Shown: in pieces, positions 1 through 12,479 of the stretch | Layout: every line of letters begins with the position of its first letter | How positions within the stretch are numbered: the first letter of the stretch is position 1 | Origin: Pseudovirgaria hyperparasitica | Taxonomy: Eukaryota | Assembly: GCA_010093815.1 (NCBI GenBank) | Contig: ML996576.1 | Reading direction: 5' to 3' (one strand) | DNA: 64,000 nt | Notes under the pieces: model-generated | Databases searched by the model: none | The model's input: only the letters and a program-made list of their open reading frames with translations | Told to the model about the DNA's origin: nothing | Made by a program: the position numbers and the translations under genes

Positions 1-1203
1 CCATCAACGCGTCTTTCTCACGCCATCGGTCCATGAGCCAGTTATAAAATCGCTTCTCGGCCTTCGCTTCGGCATCGGGGCCGATGTCGTCGGTCGGGAG
101 TGGATGAAGTGGGATCGAGGACATAGGAAAGCGCCGCCAATGAAGGGAAACAGATTTAGGGGGGCGGCCTTCGAAGTATGTGCTACGGAGCGTAAAGACG
201 TCTTGACCATATTCACCTGGTCTGAGAAAGTCAGCTCGCGTTGCGGAGGTAGACAGTATAGACTTACGGAACGCCTTCGTAGGCCATGGTACAATCATAC
301 ACGTGGTCGACAGACTTGTCGAGCTGACGGAGTGTGAACAACAAGCCTTTTGAACGTGGGAGCAAACAGTGTTTCAAGTCCTGCTCGCCGCTTTTACTTG
401 CCCACTTGGCGCTGCCGTTGCGTCCGTTGAACGACAGGTTTGTGCCTTCTGGAAACATGAGAAACCACATTGGGTTCAGGGTTGTCTTTCCCGGTGCGAC
501 TTGAGCGTTGAGCTGTTCGAGCCGACGCCTCATCCTTTTTTCGTCGTTGGCCCACTTCCGGTCCATGAAGACGAATCCATAGAGCGTCATGCCTTGTCCG
601 ATGACTGGAATGAATTGGAGGGACCGCTTGAGCATTATGTAGATGTAGCCGTGCACTTTATTGGCGTAGGCCATCCACCACAAATAGATCCAGTCAGTGT
701 AGATCTGTTTTTGTTGATTAGAGTCTTATCGCTCGACTAAAAGAAGAGCCTACCTGGTGGTTCGCAATCATGACCATCCTTGGGGAGAATGTGGTCTCCA
801 ATCGCCCATCGCTAGTCTGCTTGAGCTGCCCTTCGACACTCTTGTCTCCGTACACTCGCATGATGGTCGGGCTCCACAGCTCGGTCATGAAGATCAGGAC
901 CAGGGCAAAATGCTCTTTCGTCCATGCCATCCACCGGTAGTAGTATGCTTTGTTCCAGAGGTATAGTGGGAGGCCCAACAATTGTGTTGAGAATATCCTA
1001 GTAACTCGTCAGATTTCCCCCCAGCTCTTGCCTATGTGTGTTACCTACAGAAGACTGCATGTGAAAAAATACAGGCCAAACAGGACCATGAGTATGCCTT
1101 GCTTGCTCCCACCATGCTTAATCGGGCCCGCCGGATGTCCCTCGTCAACCTTCGATGACGTGGTAGTGGCCGGTCGGCGCTGTCGCAGCTCGCCTGAATC
1201 CAT
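1..1203 (-). CDS. Lysophospholipid/1-acylglycerol-3-phosphate acyltransferase (PlsC family, Cst26/LCLAT-like); 3' end lies outside the window. Exons 1203-1049, 997-754, 704-268, 221-<1
   Basis: Spliced translation gives NHQIYTDW (HxxxxD catalytic motif), FVFMDRKW and FPEGT motifs. GT-AG introns restore the frame. Confidence 0.9.
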
Positions 1204-2039
1204 AGTATATAAAGCTATATAAAGCTTTAGTAGACTAGCTGGGTGCTCCAATGGGTATATGCAGAGGCTCTAGGGCTTTATCAAGAGCCAGTATAGATCG
1301 CGTGCTCGGAGGATAGGTCTATCGCGGAGACTGGAGAAGCTGCTAGGGAAATGAAGCTGCGGCCTCGAGCAGGTAGGGAATCGTGTGCGGACGAAGAGCG
1401 TTTCATTGCATGGTTGAGGTAGGGGGCAGGACTGGGAAGATGGTTTAACGCTCTGACCAGCAGGCAACAGTGAGTAGTAGGAATGTGGAGGCGGAGTAGG
1501 AGTTAGGAATGAGATATGAATGAGGGAGACTTGGCACTCAGAGCATGGGATCATGTCACCTAACATCCGGGGTGGGGCTGGCTTATCTTAGCTGGAGTAC
1601 CTCAGGCACTCAAACCCAACCCCTTTGCCAAGCCGCTAATTACATACATTCTAACAGAGAGTCTAAAACTTGTTAGATCCTCAATTATCTAAGATTATGT
1701 ATGAAATATACTTATTATTAGTCTTATTCTATACTAGCTATATAAAGTTATATATGATACAGATAAAGTATCCAAAGAAGAGTAGTCTTGTATATTAATG
1801 ATACGCTAGATACTCATTTTCTATGTGCAAGAGTACTCTTACACCAAGGCCATACCTACCCTCATACAACCCTGACTGATGTTCGATATTGGGGATGGGC
1901 TGGCAGTCAGTCGTACTTACAAACCGGTAGAGACGTTAATTAATGACGAACCATGTGATCATTGAATCTCATCGCTTTCGTGTGGGATTTCTCGAATGCA
2001 TTCATTGGTAAAGAGCAAATTACGGAAATTGGATCCGAC

Positions 2040-3122
2040 TTAGGAAGAATACAATTGTCTTCGTTTCTTCAACAAATACTCGCCTGCGTTCAAAGAATTC
2101 TTCCATCTTCTTGGTTGCTGTTGAGAGCGACAATTTTCCAACGGTTCGATGTCGACCTCGTAGTCTGGAAAGCTGAAGAACGCAATACTGAATCGCTCAG
2201 GGGTATCCGTCTGCATTCCGCTATCTTGTGTATCTCGAAAACCTGGAGGCCATGTAACTCTGTGAACGGTACTCGGCCAACGTCCATTTGTCCAACGCAT
2301 AAGCAGATAGCCAACATTCACGAGGATAGCCTGGCTGTCAGGGTGGACATCTATAAAGTTAGCTGTCTTTTCGATAGCTACGGTGGTAGTCTCCCTCGTT
2401 GAGTCATGATCCGCGACTTGGAGGCCACCGATGCCATGCTGGAATAGTAGCGTAATCGTTCCGAGATCTGAATGCGCCATGCCCCTGACGAAATTTCCCC
2501 TTTGACGCACAGCAGGATAATGTAGAAAGCTAACCACATCGGCGGATCCCGAATGGTGTTTACTGAGAGAGTCGTTTGTATCCAGTTTAAAGATTAAATC
2601 GATGCATTCGAACAGTTCGGAAATCAACCGCGAGCAAGCCTATAAATGGTGAGCTTAGTATTGGCAGGTGTAGTTCACAGATACATGATAGAATGTCTCA
2701 GCGCATTCCCGAAAGCCAGGAAGCTTTTCAGGCGAAGGCCAGGACTCCATATCACTGTCCTCGGGATTCCCGAAATCGAAATTCTCTTTATGAGAACGCT
2801 CACCGCGCACGATTTCCTTGCCGATGCCTAAGTATCCGTGGCGCATTTTGTGCACTGAAGGGCTCAATTGGCTTTTCTCATGAACTGGCAATTCGAAAAA
2901 TCGCTCACTCTAGTTACGTTATTGCTATGCTTGGCATCAAATAGATGGATGTACCCAATAGAAGCACTCGTCAATGATGCTTTGCTCAATTCCATGATTG
3001 ATAAGTGAGAGAAATCCAGATGTGGTAAGAGCTTTATCAATGTCATAGGCGACAGACTTTCGTTCGTTCGTCGATCCCCCAATAAAGCGGCCAAAGTCAA
3101 TGACAGAAATTTGCCCGGCCAT
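2040..3122 (-). CDS. 2-oxoglutarate/Fe(II)-dependent oxygenase (DIOX_N + 2OG-FeII_Oxy, IPNS-like). Exons 3122-2955, 2909-2685, 2639-2040
   Basis: N-terminal ISVIDF...GFLSLINHGI, iron ligands AHSDLG and HRV, and RFSIAFF (RxS) 2OG-binding motif. Two canonical introns. Confidence 0.92.
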
Positions 3123-3367
3123 GTCCAAAACTTAAGGTGTTGTTGCAAGGCGAGGTCAAGGATACTTGTGGTCTGTACACACGGAAAATACTTCTGCCGA
3201 CTCAGGTTTGGTTCGAAACGTCATACGAGCATGGATAACCGACAAGGCCCTCATAAGTCTGAAACCATTACAGTACAATGCATTACTATCCGCCAGTCCT
3301 TCACCCATCATTGATAGCTAAGCTTCGGTCGGCCACGTTTACCACTTCAACACTAAAGTTTTACTGC

Positions 3368-3829
3368 ATGTCCACCATGGACCTCCAAATTTCCAGCCAC
3401 AGTGATCGCTCGAAGGTCCTTCGTGACGTTGAGCATCTACGCTCGCAAGGCTGGGAAGTGAAGGACAACACCCTGCAGAAGACATTTTACTTCAAAACGT
3501 ACACAAAAGTCCTCGTAAGTTTTCTTGCTGATTCACTACAATCTTCTAAGACCTCTAGGACTTTCATCAGGTCATTGGCATCAAAAGCAAATCCATGAAC
3601 CATCATTCAACAATGAAATCAGTACGCCACCACCGATTCTCTCATTTATACTATCTCACAGTTCTAGGACTACAACTCCCTAACTGTTGTGTGGACAACT
3701 CATGATCCTCCTGGACTTTCCGAGAAAGACACAATAATGGGCGAGTATTGTGACGAGCACTCCTCTGCCATAGGAACTATTGACAAATCCAAGATACGGC
3801 AATGCGGTTCAGCTACGCCTGGATTATAA
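3368..3829 (+). CDS. Pterin-4-alpha-carbinolamine dehydratase family protein. Exons 3368-3514, 3559-3621, 3668-3829
   Basis: Spliced product contains LQKTFYFKTY...KSMNHHSTMKSDYNSLTVVWTTHDPPGLSEKD, fitting the PCD motif [EDKH]x3H[HN][PCS]x5Yx9Hx8D. Confidence 0.85.
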
Positions 3830-4475
3830 GCTAATTCATTAATCACAATGCTCGGACTCCATTAAGAGACTTATGAATACCTATGGACCGAAGCGCAACA
3901 CTTGAACGTGCATATGGTTTAAGCTAGGAGGCTCAAGGACCAAATTCCATCAGTACCAGAAGGATACACTTCTGCTTGATAGATGCGATATATAGCTTCG
4001 CGTGCAGCAAAATCACATTCGCGGCGTCATTAGGATTTTCTATCCCGCAATCAGTAACTCGATATGGAACATCTTGATACTAATGTTGATGTACGATTTT
4101 CTATCGCATGACTGGTTCGGGGGCCAGTGGACCGGTCTTGCTCTCTGTGACATGATACACATGGTCATCAATAGCATCTTTATAGACGCCCATACCTCTT
4201 ACCATATATATGTCCGACATCTAAACACATTTATCTGTATCACAGCTGGGCCGATTTTGCCAGAAGATCTGATTTTCAGTATCTATATTCCACTAGGTTG
4301 ACATTCCCATGTAGTGGATGAGGTCGGACTGAGCGGCTGCTTGCCAATTCTAGTATTCACGACTATCAGATTCTCACTTATAAGCTCTTGTGCATTTATC
4401 AGTGCCACCTACAGCCATGCACTCTGTCGATATGTACGTAGATGGAGAGGACCCTCCGCCAAGGAGAGTTTTAAC

Positions 4476-4679
4476 GAGAAAGAAGAGAAAGAAGAGAAAG
4501 AAGAGAAAGAAGAGAAAGAAGAGAAAGAAGAGAAAGAAGAGAAAGAAGAGAAAGAAGAGAAAGAAGAGAAAGAANNNNNNNNNNAAGAAGAGAAAGAAGA
4601 GAAAGAAGAGAAAGAAGAGAAAGAAGAGAAAGAAGAGAAAGAAGAGAAAGAAGAGAAAGAAGAGAAAGAAGAGAAAGAA
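4476..4679. repeat. (GAGAAAGAA)n 9-bp homopurine tandem repeat interrupted by a 10-N assembly gap (4575-4584)
   Basis: Directly visible. Confidence 0.98.
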
Positions 4680-4876
4680 TAGGAGGACGAGGAAATTTGT
4701 TCTCTACCCTAATTCCTCTACATTCATGTCCGGACTGCTTTTGGTTTTTCTTCTTCCTACAGTACTCGCTCTTTTACTCCCCTTTAGAGGTAGCGCGGTA
4801 GGTGGCGATTGATGTCTCAATTTCTGAGTCCGACTAGTCTATTCAGTAACTCTCATCCCTCACGTGTGGCGAACAC

Positions 4877-5610
4877 TTACTGTGAGTATTTGTGTCCAAG
4901 ATAGTATGCTCGTTCTAACAGCTCAGCCTGATATTTTTCGTTCTCCTCGAGCTCATCCAACAGTCTCAGAAGGTTGGTGGTCCAGTCATCCTTACTTCGT
5001 ACACTAATCTTTAGAACAGTCCTTTCGAAAAGTCTAGGGTGAAAGTCTGCAGAAACCCAATCAACGAGGCAAAGTGTACCATCTTCTAAGGCGAGAATAT
5101 TTCGAGGGGCTATTTCGAGGTGGCAAAATACTAGCGAGTAGCCAGCTAAATTAAGATAGTCTGAGTCTCTTAGTTGTCTCTTGTTATCATATTCCTCGAT
5201 GTCTGCTATAGTAGTAGGAATGATAGAAACGTAATCTAACCATAGCTGCCAATAGCTACATTCCCATGCAAAGGCCCGGGCATGGGAAGTCTCGAGGACG
5301 TTGTCCACTGGCCCTAAATAGGCGTCAGTGATCGTTGCGGAAGAAATGGGAAGACAGTGATGAAGAAGCGGTAAACTTGTGGAACTCGTATTTTCACCGG
5401 ATTGAGAATCTCGTATGCTCGCTGTTGATCTGCGGCTTCGAATTGAGTGACACTAAATCCGCACTTGACAACTGCAGATTCTGATATTTTAATGACTGAA
5501 AGGCCACCATCTAACTCGCTGATAATGTCTCGATGCGGTTTGGAACGCGAGCAATGCTGGATGATGTCGTCTTCGGTGGCTGTATCGCATTGAATAGTAG
5601 AAAGAAAAGG
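4877..5610 (-). pseudogene. Decayed aminoglycoside-phosphotransferase/choline-kinase-like (APH) gene
   Basis: 5' frame reads VVKCGFSVTQFEAADQQRAYEILNPVKIRVPQVYRFF, then shifts frame near 5355 with the usual GYxVMEY segment missing. 3' frame reads FCHLEIAPRNIL...CLVDW (catalytic HxD is HxE). No ATG near the 5' end. Confidence 0.7.
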
Positions 5611-5728
5611 TCCGAATCGACTACGCTACTTTCTCCCTAGTATTAATTCATTAGCTAGGCAACCACCTAAGGTAAGCGTACGACCACTTAGACTTCGAAG
5701 CTAAGAACTCTCTAGTAATGTTATATTG

Positions 5729-6502
5729 ATGGATCCCGTTTCGAATCCGAAAACAAATCCTTGCAAGCACGTCCCTACCGCTGATATTCCATACGCTAAT
5801 GATGGCGTCATTGCACTCTACCATGACTCGGCGTCGACACTTCTCTCCGATTTCCAGTATGGAACAAAGTAGTGCGCATCACAAAAATCTAGCTGTGAAA
5901 TTTGGATATCTTGTCCCTTCTGAAAAATACACTAATCAAATATTCACACAACAGCGCCTTGATGCGGACACAAGCAACGTCCTGACAGTGTACAGATTCA
6001 ACCAAAGGGACACCAACCGGGCACATTGTGATAGACTTTGTCAACGGCTACACACTTACCCTAGCGAGTGCGAAAACTATGACTGGAAATCTGGGCGAGG
6101 TTTTGAACCATATGCTTCAACAGGTTTCCGGCAGTCCTGGATCACTTGGAGCTGGACCGGTGGCTGTTGTGCTCTAGAGGTAGAGAGTTTCTGGAGCCAG
6201 AAGACCTCCAGCTTTGGTTCGATTAACATGCCTACAGCTTAGACGTGAAAGTCGATCTTACTTACCGTGAATTGTCTCTATGCCACCTCGACTTTAATGC
6301 AAGAAACATCATGGTAGATGGCAATCGTATCCACCTCGTCAAATGGTCTACCGCTGGATATTTGCTACGATTCTTGGATTATATGGTGAACAAATTTCTT
6401 CCAAAGGATGTTTACTTCCACGACATCCTTGAACCATTGCTCGCACCTTTGTTCATCGAAGAACTAGAGAGCGAAGTCAATAACGAGCATTTTGCGACAT
6501 AG
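5729..6502 (+). pseudogene. Second decayed APH-like phosphotransferase gene
   Basis: Fragments in different frames: NLAVKFG...TVYRF, GHIVIDFVNG, LCHLDFNARNIMVD...LVKWSTAG (DW has become KW). Several stops and frameshifts. Confidence 0.65.
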
Positions 6503-6859
6503 TTCTTAGCATATTTGGTGAGTATTGTGTTGAAGGAGAAACAAAGAAACGTTATCATCGTCGGGCGGCCAGAACTTCTCGTCGCGCACACCCTGAAGGG
6601 TTGGTATCTGGTATAATTCATTATATCTCATAAGTTTTGCTAGCCTGAGAGGCAAATCCCGGTACTATGTCGCGCAAAGGAGTCGAAATATATTGCTTCT
6701 TAGATTCTCTATGTAGTCCGAGATGTCATAAGAAACGATTCTAAATCGAACGAGCTCAATTCAAAAAAAAGAGCTATGCATAGAATCTTCACTGATTCGC
6801 TTTATGGACAACCCCAAGAATCAAGGCTGACGGTCGACAGGCAGGTTGCTCCACACCAC

Positions 6860-7364
6860 TTACATCCAGAGATTTAAACCAAAAGCTTTGTAAGTAAAGC
6901 CAAAGACGTGCAGCACTTCCCTCACTAATGTAACGAGCATTCTCAAGGCTAAGAATGACCAGATGGCTGTTTCATTAGCTACTGACGGTCAGAGAAGACT
7001 TAGAGAGACCATACAGCCAGTGCCGGCATCCGGATCCGTCCGGCGAAAACTCGAATTTGTGGAGGTTTTTGTGATGGATAACTTGGAGAATATTGTGGGT
7101 GAGTATGTTGCTCGATGTTGGGTCGAAGTCGATCGCGAAGACACGATTATTACTGACGTCGTAAGAAGCGGTTGTAGCTTCAAGTTCCGTACGGCCAGTC
7201 TCTAGACTTTTCTTCATGTGGTAGCGAATCGAGCCTGTAGCTTTAGCACCTGTCGCATCAGTCTTGAATTGGACGTTAAGGGACCAGTGATTGAAGTTTT
7301 TGTTCATTGGATAGCAGACCGCCTGGATCAAATGAACAATGCGGGAGGTTTGTCCGGAGGCCAT
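6860..7364 (-). CDS. Fungal hypothetical protein with NHW...GCRHW motifs (DUF7770-like from memory); one intron at ~7014-6968
   Basis: Open frame, GTATGG donor and GCTAATgaaacAG branch/acceptor. The second exon reads LHLVILSLENARYISEG...WM*. Confidence 0.65.
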
Positions 7365-9651
7365 CGTTTTCGAGGGTCAGAAGAAGACCAAAGCTTATAC
7401 TGAAGACTTGCCTTCAAACTTAGAGTAGCTGCTGTCGAATAGTTGGATTAGAGGAGATATGTATACTTTGGAATCTAGCGTTCAAATGTTGTGGCCATTC
7501 CTTTTTAATATACACTCTCCTTCGTAGAGAAAGAATACCGGCGAGAGTCCAAGTGGCGTATCTTGCCAACGCGCAGCATTCCATTGAGAAGGGTAAAGAC
7601 CCTTATCAAAGGTATGCACGCAAGCGAACTTGATCGAAGCGAGAGGCAGGAATGTGGGTTGCTTGACTGGATTGTATGTGGTACAGGCACATTCGGTGCA
7701 TGGTCGTAGTATGAGGATCAAGAAAGCGATCTGAACGCCTGGAACTAATCAACAGAACACAAATGACCTCCCCGAAGAATACCTGATATTGCATCGAATG
7801 AGGCATCGCTTCAACGAACGCTTGTCAGCACCAGACTTCTCAAATGTGATATGAAGCGTTGGAATGTATTCAGGGATGCCATTGTTGGCCACCTTATGAT
7901 ATACTCACGTCACGGTATCGAATTCATGCTACAAGATTCTGTCGCCTCGGAGTCATCAAAGGAGTGGGAACATAAAGAGATTTCCGAGATGGTTCAACGT
8001 GCTCTCTCTAAGGTGCTACGGGTAACTGACGATAGTACCCTCCACAAGAACATCACGATGAGGTTGCAGCTGACGCAGAACCCTGCTTGAGGGACAAACT
8101 GGCCCCTCTCCTCACAAGTGCCTGATCATAACTATTGAGAATCTTTTCAACAGGCGTTGTTTCTTCTATGGTCTTGAATACTTTGATAGTGCACTACTGC
8201 CAATATATCATTTACCCTAATCCAACGACGGTGGCCCCCTTAGTCGCGTCGCACAAGACTGCATCATTGTCAGCAATTGACACCTCTATAAGAGACTATG
8301 GATATATCAGTTCATTCTCCACCCCATGAGTGAAAGTAGCACCATTAGGATTCGGTATGATAGATTACACAGCTAAGGAACGCTACGATTGACCTGAATC
8401 GTTCTTGGAGTAGAAAACATAGTTTTTCTCTTCCCAGGGTTGTGCTCTAGAGAAAAGAAACTGAACATGAATTTCTGTCTTGGGAACACGTGCGTGAAGG
8501 TATTGTAGACCGATGATCAAGAACTCAGCGTTTTATTTGACTTGATGTACGGAATGGGGCATGTCGGTCTGTCCTCAACTTTTTCAGCGCAACTCTGAGC
8601 ATGCCTACCTACGTATAATATCTCTATTTCTTATATCCTATTAGGTATTTAAAACATTGTACTATATAATGGCTCTGATACTAGGTAGCATAGTGAGTAC
8701 ATACATGTATACATATATAGCTAATATTCGTATCATACCAGCTGCTTCGCTATTAACTAGATATTCATTGATATCACCGGCTTTAGCTTAGTACCTCTTC
8801 AGAGTAGTAAAGGAAGCTAATACAGAATAGTATTGTAGAAAATACTATCCGTACCTTATCCCGGGAAAATCTTCTACCTCGTACTGTACTTCCCCAACAA
8901 CTTTCAGCACCCATACCAGCATCCATTACATATTTCTCGCCATGCGCTATGTCAAGCTTCTCTCTTGTTGCCTGGTGAATCTCTAATCTAGAATGCTTTC
9001 AGCTCCTCTCTCTGGTCGTCGTATAGATAGCTGAAATTATAAGGTCTGACTCAACCGTAGCAGTCGTTCTGTGGTCATGGTATTTCTTCCACATGATAGG
9101 AAGATGTGAGATTTACTTATGACATAGACGCGCCTTTTATATCCTTATCTCTTTAGCTCACGCTGGTCTCGGGCAAGGCGGAGTGATATATACTTAAGCA
9201 TCGGAGGTAGAGGGAGTGACTCAGTGTGGTAAAGTTCGATACCTACGAGACGAGACTATCTTCACGTGGACTGGCGACTGCCATGAATGCTTAAACAGAT
9301 GAAGCAAGGGAACGCAACAGCCGAGTAGCTAAGACTTTTTCTGTCGTGCGAAATTCCTCTTCTGCGTTCATCGGGCTCTGTTGTTGCGGACGGATGTACT
9401 CGCTGGACATTCCTACAACTATTTAACGTGCAGATGCATGTTGCCGCGCAAGCAAGACATCGTTTTGTTTTCTTAGTAGGAGAAAAGGGCGAAGACTTTC
9501 TCATCTCGTATAACGAGAGGTTTTGACCACCATTGGATCGAGGAAATCATGAGTTGGAGCTTGTAGACAAAGTATGTCTGCTGCTAGAAATGGGCTACAG
9601 TTCCAAAGGATCCAATGCACTCTCTTGAAGCGATCGGTGTGAGTGTGGTGT

Positions 9652-10504
9652 TCACAACTTGTTAAACAGAGACCAATGTTCCGCACCACCTAGATAGTCC
9701 CCTCCACTATACGCATCCGAAAGGATGTCTTCATTCCAGGAGTCCGTCGCTTCATCAAGATACGTACTGTCCCACCAGATCCTAGCACCTTCACAGTTAT
9801 GACCTGGGTGTTTTTTGCCGTGCGCAAAGTCCAGTCGCTTCTTGGTTGCACAGCGAACCTCCGATATCCAGAATTTACTGCCGGACTTTAGCTTCAGGAG
9901 CAAGGCATGATATTTCCCCCACAAGATCGGGAGGTGGAGAATGCGTTTATCGAAGGTGCCGTAGTCGGAGAATTGTATTTGGTTGAGGTCGAGCTTCGAT
10001 TCCGCCATGATGCATTTGTCGAATCCAGCAAGCCATACGCCATTTCTGCCACGTTGGCGACTTGTAAGCTCCATCAACTGCACTTCGTGAACCTCGGATT
10101 GCATGACGCAGACCTCAATATCATAGTCAGCGCTCCTGATGGTCAACAGTAGCTGACGCGTTTACCTGATTAGTGAGCTTAATACCACACCGCTCAAACA
10201 GGACCTTTGCTGCATCGCGAGCATCAAAGAAGACCTTTGTCTTTGGGCCATGCTCGAGTAGAGATTTCAAGGCTAGTGCATTTTGATCCTGTTGATCAAG
10301 GGCAGTCCTGAGCTCTGACAGCTTGATGATAGCGATCTGTGACGCTGGGGCGACATAGATCACCAAGCTGGTGGAGCTACTGACGGTAAGATAGAGGGAA
10401 GGAGGGCAATTCGGAAGGCTATAGAGAGTTTGCATAAACGCCGGAAGGCCGTCAGGAATGAATATGTGCTCCACTGAGATCGTTGCTGGGGTGTTTGTTG
10501 CCAT
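9652..10504 (-). CDS. 3'-5' exonuclease-like (DnaQ/EXD fungal subfamily) protein, probably catalytically inactive; one intron from 10165 to ~10114 or 10093
   Basis: LKSLLE..KTKVFFDARDAAKVLF..GIKL and VHEVQLMELTSR...LAGFDKCI resemble the family's KVFFDVRNDSDAL and DLQLMELA motifs. The ExoI DxE motif is absent. Confidence 0.6.
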
Positions 10505-12479
10505 GGTGAGCGAGCGTGACGTTGATCACGTAGGTGGGAGAGCAGAGATTGAACGAGGGGACATTGGGGTAACTCGACAACGACAGCGAAGATCGTTAGA
10601 GCGAATGAACAGCCAGGAAGCGAGACTTAATCCTTGTTCAGACAGCTGCATGACCCTCAAGTTTTCTACAAAAAGAAGACCACTCGCACAGCCCCATAAC
10701 AACGTCATGTATGTGAAACATGTGGCCATGGCCATGTTTTTCACAATATTGTAGTCCATATACGGCGCTGATGGTATCGTTTTCACTGTCTGATATTCTG
10801 CCGTAAGGTCGAAGAAGCAAGATGATATGCATTACTGGACGTTGACCAGGAAGCATTCGAAAGTAAGCATGTCAGAGCAGAAAACGATGATGTCCAAAGA
10901 CACATGATAAGGTAGGAAAGTTTTTCGCATTGTGAAGAACTACTGAATTCACTATATCAATCTGGCATTATTGAACGTTACTGACTCACCATGATCATGA
11001 TGTCTAAGCTAGCCAAGGGAACCTTGGAAGAGTTTGCCTCCGTAGCTCTGAGATCTTGTGAGACTGGGGTGTGGTCTCACCTTTGAGAAACGACATCAAA
11101 GGAGAGTACGCATTTTCGCGAAGCCATCGTACGACAGGTCAGCGCCGCAATCACCCCGTATTTATATACGTTTCTTGTGTATGGCGGAAATGTATCATCA
11201 TTCGATAGACCAGCGCTGCAGCGAGTGTCCCATGGATGGTGGGGCGAAACGGACCGCGGATAAGCTTGATTGCACTCCAGTTGAAGGCTGAAGAATTGCT
11301 GAGCTTGCCGACGCACGTAAAGACAGATGACGGGTTTGATGGCGCTGCATCTCAACGACTAAACACAGGTAAGGTGGTGTGGTGCTGATTGCACCCCAGC
11401 TCGTGGTGGTCTTAGATGGCCGGCTGCAATGGATAAGCTCGCATAGGTGATGTTCCATCAGCAGTCCGCAGGGCTAAAGCCGAGGGCTGACTTCAGCACA
11501 GTCATCTTGCCAGGAGTAGGTAGAAGACGAGTGAGATAGCAAGCATTCGTGAGTCCTAAAAGGCCTCCAGAGACGGAGACGCTTGCGAGCTTACGGAATA
11601 TGCCAGTCAGGCTGAGTTGCAAGCACCTAGACTGGTGGCTACGTCAAGCGACTTTCAGAATAGCGAGGTCATGGATAAAGTGCCGGCAGCGTGCAGAAGG
11701 AAATCGTAGCATATCCGTAGTTATATGCAAGTCGAGCAACTGGTCAAGAATGCCGGCCAGCCACAGCATGGTCTGTTGTTGTCTTGCTCCCGCCAATGGA
11801 CACGGGTGTATTGTCAATCGACGCCCCTTACCCTCTGTTGTAGGTGGAGGAGAAGCTCTGATCAGCATGTGGAGGTGGACGATGAGAACGGGAGACATGT
11901 CCCGTCCTTTAGATCAGGTATCTTGTTCGGCACTAAAAGAAGCCGTGCAAGTAGTCGGATGGCGCGATGCCGGATGAAGCAAACAGGAGCATGCTTGGAT
12001 TGCGCTACCCCGGATTTCCAGTACAAACGCTGGTGCTCGTCGTGTATCACTGGTCAAATTCTTCGGTAGGCTCGAGTTCAGACCAAGCAGCACCAATTAT
12101 AAATAAAGATGAACATTAGTCCGATCAGACGTGCATTATTATTGTGGATACAGCCATCGCCCATTAAATGCTCGGACCGACAACTAAATGTCCGGACTTG
12201 CCCTGTACAAGTTAGCCATTTTGTCCAGAACCACAGTTGTTGCACGTTATTTACACACTTACGATCGTCCCTAAGCCGACCAATCATCGCTGACCGGAAG
12301 TGCCTTACGTCCGCTCAGGTTCAAATTACTGGACTTCCCCACGTTCACATTCACGTTGATTGTCATAACCGAATCTCTTTCTCTCCCACCTCCACTGACT
12401 CGATTGCTCACTACGCCCTCGACTTGAACAAGCTATAGTATACAAGGACTGAAACATTGCTCTGCCGAATTTCACGGCC

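Noticed and set aside
4314..4812. Poly-EEK and poly-KKR ORFs
   Set aside because: Produced by the 9-bp repeat across an N gap.
7480..8340. Stop-riddled ORF remnants
   Set aside because: Possibly a pseudogene, but no recognisable family.
11050..12100. Several 60-140-aa ORFs upstream of HEM1
   Set aside because: No motifs or codon bias, and they overlap on both strands as random ORFs do.
12093..12300. CCAAT boxes as a bipartite CBC-HapX site for HEM1
   Set aside because: CCAAT is present at 12093 and 12280, but the CSAAT-N12-RWT spacing is not met.
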